Positions 58,391 to 64,000 of a DNA stretch of 64,000 bases are shown here, in pieces (position 1 is the first letter of the stretch; each line of letters opens with the position of its first letter). Position numbers and translations under genes: made by a program. The notes under the pieces are model-generated. The model did not search any database and had not been told where the DNA came from. It saw only the letters and a program-made list of their open reading frames with translations. The DNA is taken from positions 25,498 through 89,497 of the forward strand of contig CAILLM010000008.1 of NCBI GenBank assembly GCA_903835075.1. Reading direction: 5' to 3'. Source of the stretch: Candidatus Staskawiczbacteria bacterium (GTDB taxonomy: Bacteria; Patescibacteriota; Minisyncoccia; Minisyncoccales; Staskawiczbacteraceae).

Positions 58391-59980
58391 TCACTTTCGA
58401 ATCTTCTCAGTGACCCAAAATCCCATGTATTTGCCTAGCATCAAACGAATTTGGGCGTCCAAGGCGGGCAGCGAACCAAAGACAATTAATGTAACTGGTA
58501 AAAATATCCATTGCAAAAATACTGAAGCGCGCTTTCCAATTCTTTTATACCATTTTATGGTTTTTGGAATTGGTGGCAAAAGCATTGTGCTTAAAATTGC
58601 TGAAACCATCATGCCTGCCAAAGAAACAGTCATAATTTGCCCAGTTAAAATGGGCAAATTAAAAGACAAAATTGTAAAATTAAATTGATGCCCACCCAAA
58701 AGAATTGGCAACCAGCCGAGCATAAAAAGCAAAAGTGAAGCTGTTGCCCAAGACCAAAATCCATCTAAAATTGTGTAAATGTGACCAATTTTTTCGCGCA
58801 AAGGAATTTTTTTGTTTTGAATAAATCCAAACATTATATACGGAATTTCGGCACAACCCCAAGCCCAACGTTTTTGTTGTTTGTATTGATTGATTGCTGT
58901 TCTCCAAACACTTTTTGCCATAACAGCATCCATGGAAGCCAAATAATACATTGGCACAACTCTGTACTTTGCATCATAATTTAAATATGCACGCCAGAAA
59001 ATTCGCGAGTCATCGGAAACAACATTTGCAGGATACCCCACTTCAAAAAATACTTTTGCGGGAGTGGAATGCGAAGAGTATGTTGTAAGTTTTTCTGAGC
59101 GCTCTTGCTGAATCATTTGCCAAAAAGTATTTGAAGTTGAAACAACTCTGGCAAAAGCAGAAGCTGTCCAAATGTTGTTGTTGTAAACAGGAATTGGCTG
59201 ATAGCTGGCACTCTCTGGGTTTTCTTCTGTTAAATATAAATAAGTCAGCCGTGCAAAATATTGCGGAAAAACTTTTGTATCTATGTCAAAAGTAGAAATT
59301 AAAATATTTTCGTAAGGAATTCTTAATTCATCAATTATTTTTTCTTTTACTTGCTTACCTGCATATGCGGTATTTGAACCCTTACCTGCGATTTCACCCT
59401 CTATATTGTCTGGGTGCACAACAACCATAAATTTATAAAATTCGTGAGAATGTTTATTGGCAATAATTCTGGCTTGTTTTTCAAAGTTTTCACCAGCCCT
59501 GGCCTCAACCGCCAAAACAATAATCATTTTTTCTTTGGGATAATCACACTTGATTAAGGTTTCCAAACTTTCTTCTATCAAATCTTCTTCTTCTTGGTAT
59601 GTTGGTAAAATAATTACATGATAAATATTTTTCCAGCTTGCCCTGAGCGACCTGCCCTGAGTGAAGTCGAAGGGAGTCGAAGGGTTTTTCAATTCTTTCA
59701 ATTCTTTTAGCCAATCAACCTTCATATTTTTTTTAACTCTAAAATATCCTACAACTTGGTGCAAAGAAAAATAAAAAACTCTAAAAAGATAGTAAAAACA
59801 AAAACAAATAATAAAAATAGCAATTTGTGCTGGAAACAACCACGACAAAATAAGCACGCCAAAAAGCGTGCTTAAACTCATAACACCGGGAATAATCTCA
59901 AAAAATCTGTAAAGTCTTCTGTCTTTCGGATTTTTTAAGTCCGAAGCTTTTGAGATGTCTAAATAATCTTTTTTCTCCAT
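58391..59980 (-). CDS. GT2-family membrane glycosyltransferase
   Basis: DID, SDD, QQKRWAWG (QxxRW) motifs, multiple TMs. Confidence 0.88.
   Translation of the reverse strand: MEKKDYLDISKASDLKNPKDRRLYRFFEIIPGVMSLSTLFGVLILSWLFPAQIAIFIICFCFYYLFRVFYFSLHQVVGYFRVKKNMKVDWLKELKELKNPSTPFDFTQGRSLRASWKNIYHVIILPTYQEEEDLIEESLETLIKCDYPKEKMIIVLAVEARAGENFEKQARIIANKHSHEFYKFMVVVHPDNIEGEIAGKGSNTAYAGKQVKEKIIDELRIPYENILISTFDIDTKVFPQYFARLTYLYLTEENPESASYQPIPVYNNNIWTASAFARVVSTSNTFWQMIQQERSEKLTTYSSHSTPAKVFFEVGYPANVVSDDSRIFWRAYLNYDAKYRVVPMYYLASMDAVMAKSVWRTAINQYKQQKRWAWGCAEIPYIMFGFIQNKKIPLREKIGHIYTILDGFWSWATASLLLFMLGWLPILLGGHQFNFTILSFNLPILTGQIMTVSLAGMMVSAILSTMLLPPIPKTIKWYKRIGKRASVFLQWIFLPVTLIVFGSLPALDAQIRLMLGKYMGFWVTEKIRK
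59637..59684 (-). repeat. Nested pair of family A palindromic elements (in frame)
   Basis: cttgccctgagcga[cctgccctgagtgaagtcgaaggg]agtcgaaggg. Confidence 0.88.
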
Positions 59981-60024
59981 GATATAAACTGGCTTGCCCT
60001 GAGCGAGCGAAGCGAGTCGAAGAG

Positions 60025-60099
60025 TGGCCCTACCGGGATTTGAACCCGGGTTTTATGCTTGAAAAGCACGCGTCCTAGACCAGGCTAGACGATAGGGCC
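60025..60099 (-). tRNA. tRNA-Glu(TTC)
   Basis: GGCCCTA/TAGGGCC acceptor, loop TTTTCAA, GGTTCAAATCC. Confidence 0.92.
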
Positions 60100-60173
60100 T
60101 TGTCATATATAAATAAATACTAACCCGAAAATTGAAATAATTCAAGGTTTGGTGTAAGATTATGCATAAAAGC

Positions 60174-61364
60174 ATGAAAATATTAGCCATAGAAACATCT
60201 TGTGATGACACGGGAGTTGCTGTTTTAGAGGTTTCTAAAACCAGTAATTTTAAAGTTTTATCTAATGTCATTGCCTCACAAATAAAAGTCCACCAAAAAT
60301 ATGGCGGAGTTTTTCCCATGATGGCGAAGCGTGAACACCAGCGCAATTTAGTTCCTGTTTTTATGCGCGCGCTAAAACAGGCTAAATTGCTGAAAATTTC
60401 TAATTCCCAATTTCTAATTTCTAAAACAGAAAAAATAAAAGAAATCTTAGGGCGGGAACCGGAACTTTATAAAAAATTAGTTTCTTTTCTAAAAAAATAT
60501 GATAAGCCAAAAGTAGATTTTATCTCGGTTACAAATGGCCCGGGGCTAGAACCATGTCTTTGGGTTGGAGTTAATTTTGCAAAAGCCTTGTCTTACGTTT
60601 GGGATATTCCAGTAATTCCTGTTAACCACATAGAGGGGCATATTTTGGTAAACTTTCTTAATCCTAGACCCCATGCCCTAAATCCTAAATCCTTCCCCGC
60701 TATTGCTCTAGTTGTTTCTGGGGGGCATACACAAATTATTTTAGTTAGAAAACCCTTCGGCGCGGCTCAGGGCAAGTTGTTCAGTTATGAAATTTTAGGT
60801 GAAACCAGAGATGACGCTGCTGGTGAATGTTTTGATAAATGCGCAAAAATTTTAGGATTGGGTTATCCTGGCGGACCAATTATTTCAAAAATGGCTGAAG
60901 GCATAAAACCAACAAACACCCTCCCCCGCCCAATGTTTAATACAAAAGATTATGATTTTAGTTTTTCAGGATTAAAAACAGCCGTGTTATATGCCGACAG
61001 AAAGGTTGCAAACAAAAATATAAATTATAAGCGCGCGATGTCTGCTGAAGTTCAGCAAGCAATAATAGATGTTTTAATTAAAAAAACTACAAAAGCAATT
61101 AAAGATTTTGGTGCTAAATCTTTAATTTTAGGGGGAGGAGTTTCAGCGAATAAAGAACTGCGAAAACAATTTAAGGCCTGCCTACTCGGGCAGGAAAAAC
61201 TCATAGACACAGAATTAATTTTCCCCGAACCAAAACTATCAACAGACAACGGGTTAATGATTGCAGTAACAGGATATTTTAACAGAAGAAATAGCCTTCA
61301 ACCCGGCTCAGTCCAAGCCAAAAAATGGGAAAAAATTGTTGCAAACGGAAACTTAAGAATTTAA
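60174..61364 (+). CDS. tsaD: tRNA threonylcarbamoyltransferase TsaD
   Basis: ILAIETSCDDT, HIEGH, SGGHT, DDAAGECFDK, SFSGLKT, TDNG. Confidence 0.96.
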   Translation: MKILAIETSCDDTGVAVLEVSKTSNFKVLSNVIASQIKVHQKYGGVFPMMAKREHQRNLVPVFMRALKQAKLLKISNSQFLISKTEKIKEILGREPELYKKLVSFLKKYDKPKVDFISVTNGPGLEPCLWVGVNFAKALSYVWDIPVIPVNHIEGHILVNFLNPRPHALNPKSFPAIALVVSGGHTQIILVRKPFGAAQGKLFSYEILGETRDDAAGECFDKCAKILGLGYPGGPIISKMAEGIKPTNTLPRPMFNTKDYDFSFSGLKTAVLYADRKVANKNINYKRAMSAEVQQAIIDVLIKKTTKAIKDFGAKSLILGGGVSANKELRKQFKACLLGQEKLIDTELIFPEPKLSTDNGLMIAVTGYFNRRNSLQPGSVQAKKWEKIVANGNLRI

Positions 61365-61374
61365 AAAAAATCCG

Positions 61375-61746
61375 TTAAGGTCTTTCGACTTTAACGGCAT
61401 TAGAGGGGCCATGCTTGGCAGTTTCTTTTCTCCCAAGCATATTTGCCTCCTCTTTAAGACAACACATTTTGCAAACTCCAAATGAACCTTCAGGATTGCT
61501 TTTTGTAAAAGCTTCGTGACAAGTGGCACAGGTGATACCATCGCCTCCAAATTTAGCCATTATTGCATCGGGCGCAAAAAAGTCCATGGGCACACTCTTC
61601 GGTGTCATGCAAAGGGCAATCAGCGATATGACCATAAGGATAACCCCGTAGAAAAGCGCAAGCTCAATTCCAAAATATGGGCCAAAAATTGCGACAAGTG
61701 CTCCTGAGAGAAACGCAATCACCTCAATAATCGTTTTGATTTTCAT
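61375..61746 (-). CDS. Hypothetical membrane protein with CxxC...CxxC
   Basis: Two TMs, CATC and CKMC. Confidence 0.55.
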   Translation of the reverse strand: MKIKTIIEVIAFLSGALVAIFGPYFGIELALFYGVILMVISLIALCMTPKSVPMDFFAPDAIMAKFGGDGITCATCHEAFTKSNPEGSFGVCKMCCLKEEANMLGRKETAKHGPSNAVKVERP

Positions 61747-61750
61747 GACA

Positions 61751-61957
61751 TTAGTTTTTCTGTAATTTTGATTGTTCGTCCTTCAGTGCGGTAGTTTGGT
61801 TGGTAAGGTTTTGCGCAAAAAGACCCAATCCTATCCAAGCTAAATCCGCTGCCAATATGACAATTCCGACAATTCCCACCCATATATGTCCGCAAATTCC
61901 ACCGCATACCATGGTGATGATGGCTAATATAATCCAAACGCAATCAATAGGTTTCAT
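61751..61957 (-). CDS. Small two-TM hypothetical protein
   Basis: ORF with purine-rich upstream sequence. Confidence 0.55.
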   Translation of the reverse strand: MKPIDCVWIILAIITMVCGGICGHIWVGIVGIVILAADLAWIGLGLFAQNLTNQTTALKDEQSKLQKN

Positions 61958-62092
61958 GATAGTTCCCTTCTATGATTAAAATGTTTTCAAGATGCTGTCG
62001 AATGTGGAATATTATTATTTTATTTTTACGCTTATTAAAAATTTATGCAAGCCCCGTGACATAAAACAATAATTTTGATAATATAAAAACAT

Positions 62093-64000
62093 ATGGAATT
62101 ACCTTCTAATTACAACTCAAAAGAAGTTGAAGATAAAATTTACCAGCTTTGGGAAAAGAGTGGTTTTTTTGCGCCCGAGGCGCACCAACCTAGGGCTGGT
62201 AATCCAAACAGAAATAAAACTTTCTGCATAATAATGCCCCCAACAAACGCCAATGGAAATTTGCATGCTGGCCATGCTTTGGTTATGACAATTGAGGACA
62301 TTATGACCCGCTACAAAAGAATGCGAGGCTATAAAACTTTGTGGTTACCAGGACTAGACCACGCCGGATTTGAAACGCAAGTTGTTTATGAAAAAAAACT
62401 GGAAAAAGAAGGAAAAAGCCGTTTTAAAATGGCTCCCGAAGAATTATATAAAGAAATTACCGGGTTCACCAATGAGAACAAAAAAAATATAACCAACCAA
62501 GTTAAAAAAATGGGAGCCAGTTGTGATTGGAGCCGAGAACAATTTACCTTAGATAAAAATATAATAAAAATTGTTTATAATACTTTTGAAAAACTTTACA
62601 AAGATAATTTAATTTACAGGGGTAAGAAAATAATAAACTGGTGTACAAAGCATCAAACTTCCCTTTCAGACCTAGAAACCGCTGACGTTGAAAAACAAGA
62701 TAAGTTTTATTATTTAAAATATGGCCCATTTACAATTGCCACTGCTCGCCCCGAAACAAAATTTGGTGATAAATATGTGGTAATGCATCCAAAAGACAAA
62801 CGATATTCAGATTACACAGACGGTCAAAAAATTGACTTAGAATGGATAAATGGCCCCATAACTGCGACTGTAATTAAAGACGAAGCCATAGACATGGATT
62901 TTGGAACGGGTGTTATGACAATTACACCTTGGCACGATGCAGTAGACTTTGGAATTGCCGAACGTCACAATTTAGAAAAAGAACAAATTATAGATTTCTA
63001 TGGAAAACTTTTGCCAATTGCAGGAGAATTTTCTGGCATGAAAATTACAGAAGCCCGACCTTTAATTATTGATAAATTACAAGCAAAAGGATTGGTTGAA
63101 AAAATAGAAGAAAACTATAAACACGTTGTAAAAACTTGTTATAAGTGTGGTTCTTTAATAGAACCACAAATAAAAGAACAGTGGTTTTTAAAAATGTCCG
63201 CCCAAGGTGGATCCGCCTCGGGCGGAAAGTCTTTGGCAAAACCTGCGATAGACGCAATTAAGTCGGGAAAAATTAAATTTATCCCAGAACACTATAAAAA
63301 AATTGCCCTACATTGGCTAAATAATATTATTGATTGGAATATTTCTAGGCAAATTGTTTGGGGCATACCAATTCCGGCAAAAACTTGTGAGAAGTGTAAC
63401 GAAATTTTTATTGATGTTGAAGACAAAATAACTTCTTGCAAAAAATGTGGCGGAAATTTAATAAAAGAAACCGACACTTTTGACACTTGGTTTTCTTCGG
63501 GACAATGGCCGTATGCAGTTTTAGACTACCCAAAGGGTAAAGATTTTAAAACTTTTTATCCCACTGACATTATGGAAACTGGAGGAGACTTAATTTTCTT
63601 TTGGGTGAGCAGAATGATAATGTTTTCTTTGTATAACACGGGCAAAATTCCGTTTAAAATAGTTTACTTGCACGGGCTGGTTATGGATGCCAAGGGACAA
63701 AAAATGTCAAAATCTAAAGGAAATGTTATAAACCCCTTAGACCTAACAGATAAATTTGGCACAGATGCTTTACGAATTGGTTTGGTTGTTGGCAACACTC
63801 CTGGCACTTCCCTGCCGTTAGATGAAAATAAAATAAAAGCATACAGAAATTTTGCTACAAAAATTTGGAACGCCAGCAGGTTTGTTCTAATGAACTTAGA
63901 AGGCTACAACGAAAATGCAAAAATCGCATTTACCGCAAACGACAAAAAAATATTGGGAGAATTTAAAAAAATAACAAAAGAAATAACCAAAGAAATGGAT
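62093..64000 (+). CDS. valS: Valine--tRNA ligase, partial (runs off window end)
   Basis: MELPSNYNSKEVE..., LHAGHA, DHAG, DWNISRQ, DTWFSSG, KMSKSKGN. Confidence 0.96.
   Translation, partial: MELPSNYNSKEVEDKIYQLWEKSGFFAPEAHQPRAGNPNRNKTFCIIMPPTNANGNLHAGHALVMTIEDIMTRYKRMRGYKTLWLPGLDHAGFETQVVYEKKLEKEGKSRFKMAPEELYKEITGFTNENKKNITNQVKKMGASCDWSREQFTLDKNIIKIVYNTFEKLYKDNLIYRGKKIINWCTKHQTSLSDLETADVEKQDKFYYLKYGPFTIATARPETKFGDKYVVMHPKDKRYSDYTDGQKIDLEWINGPITATVIKDEAIDMDFGTGVMTITPWHDAVDFGIAERHNLEKEQIIDFYGKLLPIAGEFSGMKITEARPLIIDKLQAKGLVEKIEENYKHVVKTCYKCGSLIEPQIKEQWFLKMSAQGGSASGGKSLAKPAIDAIKSGKIKFIPEHYKKIALHWLNNIIDWNISRQIVWGIPIPAKTCEKCNEIFIDVEDKITSCKKCGGNLIKETDTFDTWFSSGQWPYAVLDYPKGKDFKTFYPTDIMETGGDLIFFWVSRMIMFSLYNTGKIPFKIVYLHGLVMDAKGQKMSKSKGNVINPLDLTDKFGTDALRIGLVVGNTPGTSLPLDENKIKAYRNFATKIWNASRFVLMNLEGYNENAKIAFTANDKKILGEFKKITKEITKEMD

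Noticed and set aside
1-64000. Alternative genetic code (TGA=Gly as in some CPR lineages)
   Set aside because: Conserved genes are intact in code 11 and TGA ends comF and the glycosyltransferase at sensible positions

Overview
AT-rich chromosomal segment of a Patescibacteria/CPR bacterium, most likely Parcubacteria (inferred from gene content and order; standard code 11). It carries housekeeping genes (uvrC, secG, rnj, trpS, rpsF-ssb-rpsR, recA, ftsK, rpoBC, rodA, ligA, rnhA, recQ, recG, tsaD, partial valS), a complete type IV pilus/competence locus (33-47 kb) and five tRNAs. The most striking signals are below gene level. (1) At least five families of 18-46 bp GC-rich palindromic mini-elements, plus 7-mer tandem repeats, are inserted in frame into many housekeeping proteins; one copy is nested inside another and another shows compensatory base changes. 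(2) A PaaX/Cas2-like gene is bracketed by 33-bp inverted repeats, each holding a perfect 30-bp GTAG...CTAC palindrome. (3) A glycosyltransferase C-terminus is present twice with synonymous recoding around a hairpin-rich insert. There are also free-standing HNH and PD-(D/E)XK homing-type nucleases, a tRNA-Arg(GCG) and a structured candidate ncRNA leader. All calls are by eye; no searches were run.
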